A stretch of 64,000 nucleotides of DNA from Mytilus californianus (GCF_021869535.1 NW_026262667.1:4960001-5024000); one strand, 5' to 3'. Counted from the first letter of the stretch, positions 20,283 through 32,794 are shown. Program-made: numbers and translations. Notes: generated by a model not told the origin, from the sequence alone.

Positions 20283-23200
20283 TCAAACTGGAAATTCAAT
20301 AACACGCCAGCCCCAAATTTTATATAACTTGTGAAACTTCAGCAGAGTGTCTCCAGCTTTATCGTCCAAAACTTTCGAATTCTGAAATCGAATTATGATT
20401 ATGAGAACATAATATAACTTTGAAATACTTATATCAATATCTATAATCATGTAAAACATTTACTTATTTATATTTTCTAAGATTGTGGTTTACCATCTAC
20501 ATCGTCTGTCTGCTAAGTACCGAACGTGACCCATTCCCGAATATGACTGTTTTGCCGAGTGTGAATTCGCATTGTTTTACGACGTATCTCGGTATTTATA
20601 CATCCAACATTCATGTATTTAGTTATGATGTTTCTTTTGTAAGTACGGTTAGATATTGTGTTATGTCTTATCGTTTGTGGTTTGAATTCTGTATTTTCGG
20701 TACATTTCACATATGTCTTATTTGTCAGTATAGTCGAGTTAATTTCCATTTTCCATGGACAAAGTATTGTGTTAGTCCAAATAATTATGACGTCGTCACA
20801 GCATTATTCTAAAATAGCATTTCAAGACCGTCATAATCATGATAATTATTGGACTAGTATTGTGAAAATAATTGTGAATTTTGTATCTCGTTCCATATAA
20901 TTGTACGAATTTCAAGATTATATATGTAAGACTCAGATCGACGTCCGGTCTCTAATTGACGTCCGTTCCTCAAATCGATGTCTAAATCTGACGTCATAAT
21001 TGAATAAGATTCCAAATCGACGGCTAATTCTATGCCCTCTAATCTACGTCTTTTTGTTTTTCTCAAATCGACGTCCAATATATGGCTTCTCTAATCGCTG
21101 TCCTTTTAACGGACTTGCCACAATGACGTCACAATTTTGATGAAAACAACTATCATATTTCTGATTTGAAACAGGCAGTCTAACATATATACGTCACAAA
21201 AATGCGTCACTTTTTGTGGCGTTGATCCATTCGCGTAGTTTTTTGAACTATTTGTCAATTATTTTAGTTTCCACCTCAGTTGACACTATTATCAAGGCAG
21301 ACAGTTTAGTAGTTAACAATGAGAATGGGTGTAAGTATATTAACCTTAATTAACAGACAGGTAAAGTCTCCAGACCGTTCTGTGTATTTCCCATTTTTCT
21401 GAAAAGTGCCTAAGAATTTCTTTATTTTTTCAGAACTGTCAATCTGAAAGAGAAACAATTTTACTTAAATAATGTAAGAAAATTTAAAACTGTTCCCATA
21501 ACTTTAATTTCTGTTACGATGTTAAATTGTTAAGTTCATTTAATAGTCATGTTGCTATTATACTTAATAATGGAAGTTCATATTTGCCCCGCCACTATCT
21601 CGATTTTTTATAATTTTTCTGACATATTTTTTTTTTTCCCTTTTGAAAAATCAATTTAACTACTAAAAGCCCTCACCTCTAGTAAATCAATGTTAGTTTA
21701 TAAGTGTTCATATAAAGGTATTAACCTTGAGAACTTTAATACCATTTTCCATACAGTATGCCTCCAGCAAAGTGTGTTCTATGTTAATGGTAACATCATG
21801 GAGAGGTCCATAGTCTGCTAGGATACATGCCATAATGTTGTCTGGACAGCTGGAATAATCAGAGCAAACAAATATATATAAAAATGTGTGATAAACGTCA
21901 ATTAAGTCAATTAAACTGCAGCCACGGTAAACATAAAGTGTTGTGTTTTGTAGAGTGATTTTTTTTTCATTGTTTTTATCTTTTTTTTCCATGGAATATC
22001 TGTATTCTTCAACTTTAAGATACATTGTCCATTTTGTATCTTCTGCCTCAATTCTTTTTGAAAAAGGTCACTACATTGGTAGACGAAACGAGCGTCTGGC
22101 GCAAATAAAAAATTTCAATCCTGGTATCTATGATGAGTTTATTTACAACCACTGGGTCGATGCCACTGCTGGTGGAGTTTTTATTCCCCGAGGGTATCAC
22201 CAGCCCAGTAGTCAGCACTTCTGTGTTGACAAGAATTATCATTGATATGGTCATAATTATAAATTAACTGTTTACAAAACTTTACATTTTTTGAAATACT
22301 AAGGCTTTTCTACCTCAGGAATAGATTACCTTAGCTGTATTTGGCAGAACTTTTAGGAATTTTTGGTCCTCAATGCTTTTCAACTTCGTAATTTTTTAGC
22401 CTTTTTAACTTTTATGATTCGAGCGTCACTGATGAGTCTTTTGTAGATGAAACGCGCGTCTGGCGCAAATATAAAATTTCAATCCAGGTATCTATGATGA
22501 GTTTATTTGCTTCCATCGAAAGGACAATCATTAAGATAGGCTACAAACCCTACAAACTGAGTTGAATTACTACCTGAATAAGTTTATCTTTTACATAACA
22601 ACTTCAAACATGTTAATGCTAACTGTTACTTACTGTTGTAAATGTACTGCACAACTGTGAATGCCATTTATTAAACGGCTGTCTTTCTCTGCTTCTGATA
22701 AAACTTCCTTTATAATATTTCCTGCTTCCGCAGCAGTCCTGAAAATTCCAAAACATTTGATGTAAGACGTGAGAGAAAATACAACTCTCTTGGAAAATTA
22801 GAACCATAACCGAAATGTGAACGGCTTTGTCAGTTCTGTGATTTAAACCAAAGTAGAGGACGAGGTACATGTTTTTCTTCAATGTCCAGGAGAAAACGTT
22901 TATTGTCTTAGGTAGATAACCAATTCCCCAATGTAAAGTATCTAAGTACAAATAACTTGTTTATATGGATAATGATAAATGAAGACAACACATTTTTATC
23001 TTTATTGTGTGAATTTTTAAAGCTTAATTTTGCTGAAAGAAAACACCATACTTGTACTGAGTCACTCAATCATAATGATTATCTACTTGGTAAAAAAGAA
23101 AACATTAATTATAACAACCAGAGTTATCTCTCTTTATTCAAGAACTGGACTTATATGTTTTATATGATGACTTTTATGTATGTTCTACTGTACTGTATCT

Positions 23201-23819
23201 AATTAACATAATCAGAGTGAGCGGAGTGAGAAAGGTTGGTGTGAAAGTGTGAATGATCGTGTCAAATTTTTGTATAACCCGAAAGGGCCTTGTGCTTAGG
23301 AAAATAAAGAATTTGAATTTGAATTTGAATTTGTAACTATAATGGTTCCGGGAATTTCTTGACTATAAATAGAAAAATGATGTGTTGTTCAATCACTAAA
23401 ATCGCTTAGCAAATTATTTTCCGACGAAAATCTGGAAAGTTAGACGTGTAAACACAATCAATTTTCATATCATTCGTTCCACAGTAAAATTATGGTGACA
23501 TCAAATGAAGAACTTAGTTGTATGCTATTCAAAGAATATTCTGCTAAAAATAGAACAATTTCATTATGAAATGACTTCATTCATATTAGACAGTCTTTTT
23601 AAAGACCCTAAAAATAGAAAATAAAAAATATGCATGGGATAGAATTTAAGAAATAATCTAGAAAAAAAAACGATTGCAGAAGAACAAGATAAACTGATGC
23701 AACACGAAAGTTCACGTGCAAAAGGAATTTACAAAATAATTATTCAAAATTCAAAAATAAGATACTTACTTATCAATGTTATTATTATTCATATCTTGAT
23801 TTAAATCTGTTTGAGTCAT
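20283..23819 (-). CDS. GADD45: GADD45-like protein, copy B (5 coding exons, 158 aa)
   Basis: Exons 23819-23770, 22738-22634, 21849-21726, 21443-21345 and 20381-20283. Exon lengths (50/105/124/99/99) and phases equal those of copy A, junctions are GT-AG and there are no stops. 24 aa differ from copy A (MTQTDLNQD...CPDNIMACILADYGPLHDVTINIEHTLLEAYCMENGIKVLK...WGWRVIEFPV). Confidence 0.92.
22079..22508 (+). mobile_element. Retrozyme-like unit (364-bp monomer plus 66-bp terminal direct repeat) in GADD45-B intron 2
   Basis: 22079-22144 recurs at 22443-22508 (period 364). The unit carries a hammerhead ribozyme core and has no meaningful ORF. Confidence 0.75.
22423..22466 (+). ncRNA. Minimal type I hammerhead ribozyme
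   Basis: Stem I GCGTCA/TGGCGC; core CTGATGA (22429-35); stem II GTC-ttttgta-GAT; GAAA (22449-52); palindromic helix III ACGCGCGT; GTC cleavage triplet ending at 22460. Confidence 0.85.
22770..23332 (+). mobile_element. 5'-truncated LINE in GADD45-B intron 1 (absent from copy A)
   Basis: Contains RLCQFCD..VEDEVHVFLQC and NLFIWIMINED. Ends aaataaa(gaattt)n tail. Confidence 0.7.
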
Positions 23820-23894
23820 TTTTTCTTCCTTTCTTTCTATTATCGAACGTATCTCTGTCTTGCACATAATGTCCTGCTTTTGTCTGCGGTATTT

Positions 23895-24212
23895 CCCTCA
23901 GGTATGTCAGTTCGATGATTAGTCACGAGGTATATAATACTTATGATACTCCGAAAAGTTTGATTGGTTAATTTTTCACGGACGGGATTCCTTTATTTTC
24001 AAATTTTTGGTTGAAGCAAAAATTTCATTGCAAATATGATATGATATTAATTTTAAAATTTAGATTCAGCAGGATTGATTTCTGAGTTCTGTTTGTGTTT
24101 TAACGTGTAAAAGTAAATATCGAAACACCTGTCATTGAAGTATTGAATTTATTTTTATCGGTTAACATTAACATCCATCATAGCTATTTTTAATCTGGAA
24201 GAGGTTTCCCTA
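23895..24212 (-). promoter_or_regulatory. GADD45-B proximal promoter
   Basis: TGACTAA (23919-25), TATATA (23931-36), CCAAT (23963-67), GGGATTCCT (23984-92) and GAGGTTTCCC (24201-10). Confidence 0.55.
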
Positions 24213-24468
24213 ATGATATTTTTGAAATTGTCTTGTGAGTTTCATAAGCATTTGCTGCATGTGACCACACCCTCTTACCGGCTAGCGATTGGTAATGCAG
24301 GTGTGACCGGTAACACATATCAAAATCTAGTGTACACGACAATGATTTACAATAGTAATCGGAAGGACAATATTCGAGTGCTGTGAACGATAGCAAAAAT
24401 GTATTGTTTTGAATGGCATTCGGGAACACAGATCATATTGTATATGCCGTAATGATAGCTGGTAGCTA

Positions 24469-27400
24469 GGGTGTGGTGATAGCCACTTATCAAATATCAC
24501 ATAAAAGGATATCAAACGGAATCTTGTTTTCAAGTAGTTAATTGTTACAGTTCCCTAGCTAGCAAAATTTGCTCATATATTTAAAAATATAAAATTATTA
24601 AGATAAGTATGAGAAATGATTAATCACATTACTATTATTAAGGTATGAGTAATGTAAATCATCTGTAATCTGTGTAATCACGGAAGTTGCTAACTTATAT
24701 CTTTGTACAGTATTTCAGTACATTTTTGCACGTCGATTATTTTAGTAAATTTCAGAATGCATTTATACTTTACTCTCTTGTAGTTCCCCAGCCGTTTTTA
24801 AATTTCTGAAGTACATGCAATGCTCATAATGAAATTACATCTTTAGATTAATAGCATTTTGAAGAATTTATATCTATACTTTTCAATTAGCTTTCTCAAC
24901 TCGATCTCGCAACGCATTAATACTGGATCTAGTACTGGATACAATTAGAATCTTTAGTTGAATTACTACTTGAATAAGTTGATCTTTTTACATAACAACT
25001 TCAAACATGTTCATGCAAACAGGTAGTTAATTGTAGCAATATCTGTTTATTCAAAAACAGACCCATAATCATAAATTTGGTATTAATTGTAGGACTCTTC
25101 AAACCGACTCGTTCTTGTAATCATATATTATATGTTTTATGTAATTCCTCTTACGACAAAAAGGGGGAAATATTCAATTTTACTTTCAGATTCTTAAATC
25201 AAAACTTCTTATTCATTACAGTACATCTAATTTATCTCATTCTGTCTCACCATAAATATATAGATATAGGAAACAGTAGTTTATGGTCATTTTTTGTATT
25301 CCTGTCTTTCATTTTTGCTTATGTACTTTGTCTATATATATATAGTGTATATATGCCATTTTGTTTTTCTTTGTTGAATAGTTATTTGTTATTGTAGTGA
25401 TTAAGATTATAACACAATGTGGGCTGCTGTACCCCAATTTTTGGCATTTTTACCTATTATGTCTGTTTGTTCTGCTCACACATTGTTGTCAATATAATGG
25501 AATTCCATATGACTATCATACCAGTGAGAGGTTTAGATAGCTATAAAACCAGGTTTAATCCACCATTTTCTGCATAAGGAAATGCCTGTACCAAGTCAGG
25601 AATATGACAGTTGTTTTCCAGTCGTTTGATGTGTTTGAGCTTTTGATTTTGCCATTCGATAAAGGACTTTCCGTTTTGAATTTTCCTTGGAGTTCGGTAT
25701 TTTTGTTATTTTACTTTTTACCGATGATTAAATCTCATAACAGCATATTACATAATGGTCTTGAATAGTTTCTATATACTGCTTTGGTTATCAATTTAAA
25801 CAGTCGTTGACATTGTAAGAAATGCATCATATTATCTTTACACATTTTCAAACTGCATTTAAGACATGATTGTCATTATTGCTTTATAAAAAAAAATCAT
25901 TGATTTGAAAAATTTGAAAGTTTTGCTAAATAAAAAAAGAAGAATTGAAGTTATGAGATGTTTTTCATCTTCAACCTAGCCAGAGAAGCATTTTTTACAA
26001 ATTCTTTCGTTTCGTTGTATATTTGAAAAACAGCAAAATTCAATTTGAAGCTCATGTACAGATATACGTAATTAACATAGGGATCTAATAATACAACAAA
26101 ATTAACACTCTTTTTATGGACACCAAGTATAAATTTAGAAAATACTCGCACTAAAGATTTTTATAAATATTTTCATGATTGATTAAGGCGACAGTAGTTT
26201 ACCGATTTACAAATTTTGTAAATCGATTAGGAAAATACAAATCAAGGTAACAAAAAAAACTGAGGGATAACATAAACTCCAAAAGGAGCGAAATAAGGAA
26301 GATTGTAGTTTATTGCAAGATATATAACAACCACCCCAAACTCTTATATGGGAGGATTGGGTTTAGGGTATGATATTAATATGATCACATTATTTAATTA
26401 CAGGGTCAGATTTTAAAATTAATTCTTAGATTATGATATGCCTTCATAGCCTTATTGATATATTAAATCTTCGACCTAATGATAGGCGGCTGAAGGGTGT
26501 GGTGATAGCCGGCTGAAGGGTGTGGTGATAGCCACAAACCAAATATCATATTAAAGTTATTTAATGGAAATCCTGTTTTCCAAGTAGTTAACAGAAGCTT
26601 TGTTACAGCTTTCCAGCTAGCAGAATTGCTCATACATTTAAAAACATAAATATGTTGAAATAAGGCCGAGAAATGATTAATAGTATTTTGAGGAATATAA
26701 ATCTGTACTTTTCTATTGACTTTCTCAACTCGACCTTGCATCGCATTAAGACTGCATGGCCACAAACTAGACTTTTTAGTCGAATAACATCGTCAAACAT
26801 GGTCATGTTGACTGCTTATTAGGGAGGTAGTTATCTTTAGCACTATCTGTTTATTCGACAGACTCATAGTAATCCATTGGTATTATTTGTGTGACTCTTT
26901 AACCGACTGGTTCTTGTAATCATATATGCTATAGTTTATGTAATTCTTCTTAAGACCAAAAAAAAAAGGGGGGGTATTCAATTTTACTTTCAGATTCTTA
27001 AGTCAAAACTTCTTATTCCATGCAGGTTGCAATTGAGGCTAAAACAGTCTGTCTCATCATAAATATATATATATAGGTCATTGTAGTTTACCGATGTTCA
27101 AGCCTTATAACAACATATTACATAATGGTCTTGAACAGTTTCTATATACTGCTTTGTATGATAATTTAATCAGTTGTTAACATTGTAAGGATTGTATTTT
27201 TGTTGTTAAATTTTTCCTTTTTTGGGGGATGTTTGCTCCATACAAAAAAAAACTGTTTTCAGGTGGATTTTTATTCTGGTCCTTTATAATAGAAAAACAA
27301 AGGACAAGGGGTATCCATATATAACAATAGACCAATAGACCAATAGAACAAATAGTCTACGATATGCTTTCTTGTTAGCAGTTACTACAATGTTATTATT

Positions 27401-27785
27401 GTGGTGAGAAGAAACATTTTGACAGTGTTATTTTAACTGTAGGGAATCATACACATACATGGCCATACATTTTCATATGTTGTTTTTTGAAGTGCACCGC
27501 ACCGCACTCCGCAAAAAATAATTCAAGTAATTAAGTCTAATATATTAAATACAACGAAATTAACACTCTCTTTATAGACAAAAAGTAAAATTTAGAAAAT
27601 TCCCATACTGAAGATTTTTATAAATATTTTCAAGAGTAGATATGTAATTTATTGCAGAGAGATACATGACAAACTCTCCAAACTTCTGAATTATATAAGA
27701 GGATTGGTTTTAGGGTATGATAAAAACCATGAACTCATGATTGAAGTACAAGATCAGATTTATAAAATCTTTTCTAAGTTTATAG
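24469..27785. repeat. Diverged local tandem duplication (~24470-26460 vs ~26490-27785) upstream of GADD45-B
   Basis: Colinear blocks: gggtgtggtgatagccac, caagtagtta, ctttctcaactcga, aaccgact.gttcttgtaatcatat, aaattaacactct and ggattgg.tttagggtatgat. Confidence 0.75.
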
Positions 27786-27786
27786 G

Positions 27787-27845
27787 AATAAGAATATTTA
27801 TTGTCCAATTAAGGCCCCTTAGTGGGCAGCATGACATTTATACAC
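27787..27845 (-). mobile_element. 3' end of the same LINE family as 15270-16302
   Basis: Reverse complement atgtcatgctgcccactaaggggccttaattggacaataaatattcttatt resembles 16244-16302. Confidence 0.6.
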
Positions 27846-28507
27846 ACAAAACGATACACTATGATTTGTAACAACAAACAAATTTTTACATTAAAATGAA
27901 ATATCAAAAATGTTCATATAGTTATATTTATAATAGGCATGCATAGCCCTATTATACAGTTCAGTCTCATTAGTTAGCTGAAAACTATCCGATGCAGTGA
28001 AATGAACCCCTTAATACTTATAAGTAGAAACACATCCAATCAAGTTATTCTTGTCTATGCAGGAGTTGTTCGTAGTTGTAGGATATGCTTATTGCTTGAA
28101 TAAGTCAGAGTGGAAAGTTATGCTCTGCGCTCGGTTTTTATTAATGTTTAAAGAACTACGGTTCAGATGTTTGCAAAACTTATATTTGAAGAAAACTTGT
28201 TTTTCTTATATTTTTATCATATTAAAATTTATCATTTAAAATAGAAAATATGCAATAAAAATTTTATTATTCAAAATAGAAAATATGCAGTAAATAAAAG
28301 CCGTTGAACAAACAGATGGTATACTGGGTAGATCTTTAAGGAGTAGAAGTTGGTATAGTCTTAACAAAGTACTAAATACATAGCAGTAAATACATGTTCA
28401 TTAATTTCTTTCACTCGCACTGACAATCCGAAAGTTGTTTAAACTCTTGAACTCAAATATTCAAGAAGCTAAATAATAAACATTACAAAATTTACACCTA
28501 TTTTACA

Positions 28508-28642
28508 CATAAACTCGTCATAAATATCAGGATTAAAATTGTGTACGCCAGATGCACGTTTCGTCTACAAAAGACTCATCAGTGATGCTCAAATCAAAAT
28601 AGTTAAAAAGGCCAAATAAAGTACGAAGTTGAAGAGCATTAT
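28508..28642 (-). mobile_element. Second fragment of the same retrozyme family, with hammerhead core at 28546-28588
   Basis: The reverse complement reads GCATCA CTGATGA GTC ttttgta GAC GAAA CGTGC ATC TGGCG. Flanks are homologous to 22370-22508. Helices I and III each carry a mismatch. Confidence 0.75.
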
Positions 28643-28755
28643 ACCCGTACAATCCAAAATGTAATTTAAAGATTAATATTGCTGTTTACAATATTTATAC
28701 AAATTCTTTGTAAACTTTACTTTGAACGTTATCCTTTACCACAGTGAATTAATGT

Positions 28756-29628
28756 GTATCTGACAGACAAAATATAATCTAACTAGAGTAAGACTGGTAC
28801 CCGGCCGTTATTGACAAGCATGCGTATCTGACAGACAAAATATAATCTAACTAGAGTTAGACTGGTACCCGGCCGTTATTGACAAGCATGCGTATCTGAC
28901 AGACAAAATATAATCTAACTAGAGTTAGACTGGTACCCGGCCGTTATTGACAAGCTTGCGTATCTGACAGACAAAATATAATCTAACTAGAGTAAGACTG
29001 GTACCCGGCCGTTATTGACAAGCTTGCGTATCTGACAGACGAAATATAATCTAACTAGAGTTAGACTGGTACCCGGCCGTTATTGACAAGCTTGCGTATC
29101 TGACAGACAAAATATAATCTAACTAGAGTTAGACTGGTACTTGACAAGCTTGCGTATCTGACAGACAAAATATAATCTAACTAGAGTTAGACTGGTACCC
29201 GGCCGTTATTGACAAGCTTGCGTATCTGACAGACACAATATAATCTAACTAGAGTTAGACTGGTACCCGGCCGTTATTGACAAGCTTGCGTATCTGAAAG
29301 ACAAAATATAATCTAACTAGAGTTAGACTGGTACCCGGCCGTTACTGGCAAGCTTGCGTATCTGACAGACACAATATAATCTAACTAGAGTTAGACTGGT
29401 ACCCGGCCGTTACTGGCAAGCTTGCGTATCTGACAGACAAAATATAATCTAACTAAAGTTAGACTGGTACCCGGCCGTTATTGACAAGCTTGCGTATCTG
29501 AAATACAAAATATAATCTAACTAGAGTTAGACTGGTACCCGGCCGTAATGGACAATCTTGCGTATCTGACAGACAAAATATAATCTAACTAGAGTTAGAC
29601 TGGTACCCGGCCGTTATTGACAATCTTG
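28756..29628. repeat. 68-bp minisatellite, 13 copies
   Basis: Unit gtatctgacagacaaaatataatctaactagagttagactggtacccggccgttattgacaagcttgc. The copy at 29096 lacks 10 bp. Confidence 0.95.
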
Positions 29629-29691
29629 ACAATACCTTCTGTTATGGGCTAATTTAGACTGGTACCAGGCCGTTATTGACAAGCCCAAATT

Positions 29692-29988
29692 TAATTTATG
29701 GAACATTTCATCAGACAACAAGTAGACTAGCCGCCACCGTACTTTTTGTGTTTGTATATTTTTTATATGTAAACATATAATCATTTTATTATGTCTTTTA
29801 TATAGATATTTTGTGTTGATAAAGTTTGTGAAATATCCAGGAACACGAAGACAACGAAACAGTTGAAAATCTACTCCAGTTTAGGTTGGTTCCCTCCGTA
29901 AAATATTCAGTATGCCTTCGGAATATACAAATAAAAAGTACGGTGGCGGCTATTCTACTTGTTGTCTAATGAAATGTTCCATAAATTA
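29692..29988. mobile_element. MITE with ~67-bp terminal inverted repeats
   Basis: 29693-29760 is the near-perfect reverse complement of 29922-29987. Confidence 0.75.
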
Positions 29989-32794
29989 GAGTCAAAATAT
30001 GAGCTTCTGCTCATTTCAAAACTGTCCGATCCCGGTGAGTGACGTTATATTAAAGTGTCTTGGGGCAACGAGCCCGGCTGGAAGTCAGGCATGTGCAAGA
30101 AACAGAAAGTGACCCGACAAGAATATTAAAATGTCCGGTCTCGGAAGAAATAGATACTGAGTTATGATACAAACCTTTAACCAATCTCCCTCAAAAAAAA
30201 TAATGTAAACAAGTAAACATAATGATCACCGTCACACTCCCCCTCTCTGAGACCTAATGTGCCCGAACATGAGTCCTCAAGATCGGTAAGGTTTACTTAG
30301 CAAAATACAAATACAAATATGTAGTTATAAACAAATTAATAAGTTGACTATTACTGTCACAAAGTAATAAAATGTTCAAGATCGTCAATTAAATGTTCAA
30401 ATACATCTACAGATATCATCATGGCATCATAGAAGAAAGAAATCCTATTATAAAGTTCAAGCATTCAGAAACACAACTTTAAAAGGTTCCTTAATAAAAT
30501 ATAAATCATATATAGTAAATACATTAAAATATGTGGAAGTATAGTCCTCAAAATCGAACAGGTAGTTAGTTGCACGTTGTTTCGAGATTGTTTTAGTGTT
30601 ATTCAAAAAGGGACGAAAGGGCTCAGTTCTAGATCTTATGTGAAGTGTTGAATTTTTATGGTAATTCAGTATAAAATCAGACTTACCAAAAGTCATAACG
30701 ACAGAGAAGCACAGTCTTGTCATAAAATCTATAACAGTCCTAAATATACACAGCTGTCAAGCACTGAACCACTAGAACAGGTGGGTGCCCCAATATCATG
30801 TAACTCTTTAAGTCACCGAAAACGCAATCCTGTATGTTATTACTATTAACGTATAAAATACACATTTCGATACATGCATCTATACAAACTGATTGTTTGT
30901 TTATCAAATAATTGAAAAAAAATCACAAAGTCATTTAAAACAGTTATATTTTATCATTAAGATTGCAAGCCCTGGATTCCAGTAATTCCCCAATCAATAT
31001 CCTTGACCACGCAGACAACATACCCATGGTGAACCATTTGGGTTGAAAATGCATTCGTAACCAGATTTACTAATAGTCTGTATCTATCCTTGCACATAAG
31101 GTATCCCCAAATATTGCCTGTATTCATCCAAAACTTAGATTTTGAGAGTATTTTCTTCTATTTCGCTACAATCCAGTGAAACTCGTGAAGGACAACTTTA
31201 TTCCGGCTGTATGATATTTTAATTGTCATTTTTTAAATAAATAAAAGAAAACAGGCTACCACTTTCTTAATAAGCATAACTTAACTGATGAATCCGAATT
31301 TTTTTCTCTACGTAACAGTCCCAACTAAACGAAATACATATAATTAAAACCTGTACAGTATGGTAACAAATATATAACGATTCAATCAGACTGAAGAACT
31401 AAATTAAACTTTCGGACATGTGTAGAATGACAATGAGTAATCCCCAATGGCACCTCCATACCAACATTCCTCAGAAGTCATGTGTTTTGACGTCGAAAAT
31501 ATTGACGTCATTTTGTAAAAATGGCGTGATAAATCGCCGACTTCCTGTAATTTACAAAGCCATACTATGCGTTAGATAAGATTACGTTTAATACACGTGT
31601 TAGTTTTTCCCTGTCTGTAAACATTGCGCTTGTCCTCTGGGATGTGAACAAAATGCTCACAATGTGCTCCAAATATTGTACCTTTCCTGTAGGATTTCTA
31701 TTTTCTGTATTAGAAGGTAAGCTGTCTTCTTTTATTTTATTGTAAAAACATTATTCGCGGCAAGATGAGATTAAATTTTGACGTTTGTACTGATCTTTGT
31801 AGGACCAGAAACCGTAGAAATTATGGTAATAAGAACAATGACCTGTTCAATTTTGAAAATCCTATCCAACCATCATGCATATCAGACATATCAGTTTATA
31901 TTCTAATGCAATTAGGCATGTAATGCCAATTTTTATTGGAATGGATGACATCCGCCATCAATTCCACAGTCGATGTTTAAGTTTGAAAATTCAGAGTTTT
32001 GCATTAGAATAGAAATAACAGAATTGTATTTGAAAAGTCTTAATTTTATCAATCAAGTAATTCTTTCCTCAAGTATTGCTCTTTTGTATTTGTTTAATTG
32101 TTTATTATTATAATCTCATGTTGCCCATTAATTTGGAATAACATTGCACATATCTTTTTAACAATATATTTTTGGAATATATATATATATAAAAGATTTA
32201 GTGGCGTAGGAGTCGCCGTATTGGTGCGACACCGGATATTGGTACTCAAGCGATGAGAGATTGAAAACTGCAAGCTGCCGTACATATCAATAATAAGTTG
32301 CTGTACACTATCGAAACTTTGTCTTTGTGAATTACATAGCTTTTTAAAGGCACTTTATGAAAATTATGGTCTTGTGTTTTTTATAGTTGGTCTCAGTAAT
32401 TAAATGATAGGAAGAAATATCCAACTTTTGCGCATGCTCTGACTTGATAAGACGTCTTTTTTTTCTGGGGAAAAAAAATGTAAAGAAAATGGATTTATAA
32501 TTAAACTTTAAACGGAGGATTGAGTATATAAGGATGAAATTAATATTGTGATAGTGACGATGAACTAATATTTGAAGTTTTTTATCCTGATTATGATTTG
32601 ACACTATATGGAATATTGTGTGTGAGCTGTTCTCAACAGATTGTAGGTATTCGTTTAAAACTGTTAACTGTGTAATAATAAACAACAACAAACAATATAA
32701 ACATTCCAAGTTCCTGTTTTGCATACCAGCCTTACACTGTTAATCCACCTTTTTTATTACAAAATTACGACATTCATCCTTAATCACTGACAAA

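Noticed and set aside
26463-26765. 100-aa ORF with a faint GADD45-like phrase (NSASWKAVTKLL), and a similar weak echo at about 14640-14745
   Set aside because: No convincing splice sites, the frame is not preserved in the sister duplicate at 24.5 kb, and similarity is at chance level.
28756-29628. CRISPR-like array
   Set aside because: Units are head-to-tail with no unique spacers, in a eukaryotic context with no cas genes.
30960-31240. Minus-strand stop-ridden frame vaguely like a C2 domain (TIKNIIQPE*...ENTLKI*VLDEY)
   Set aside because: Several stops and weak similarity; needs a tBLASTn/HMM search to be credible.
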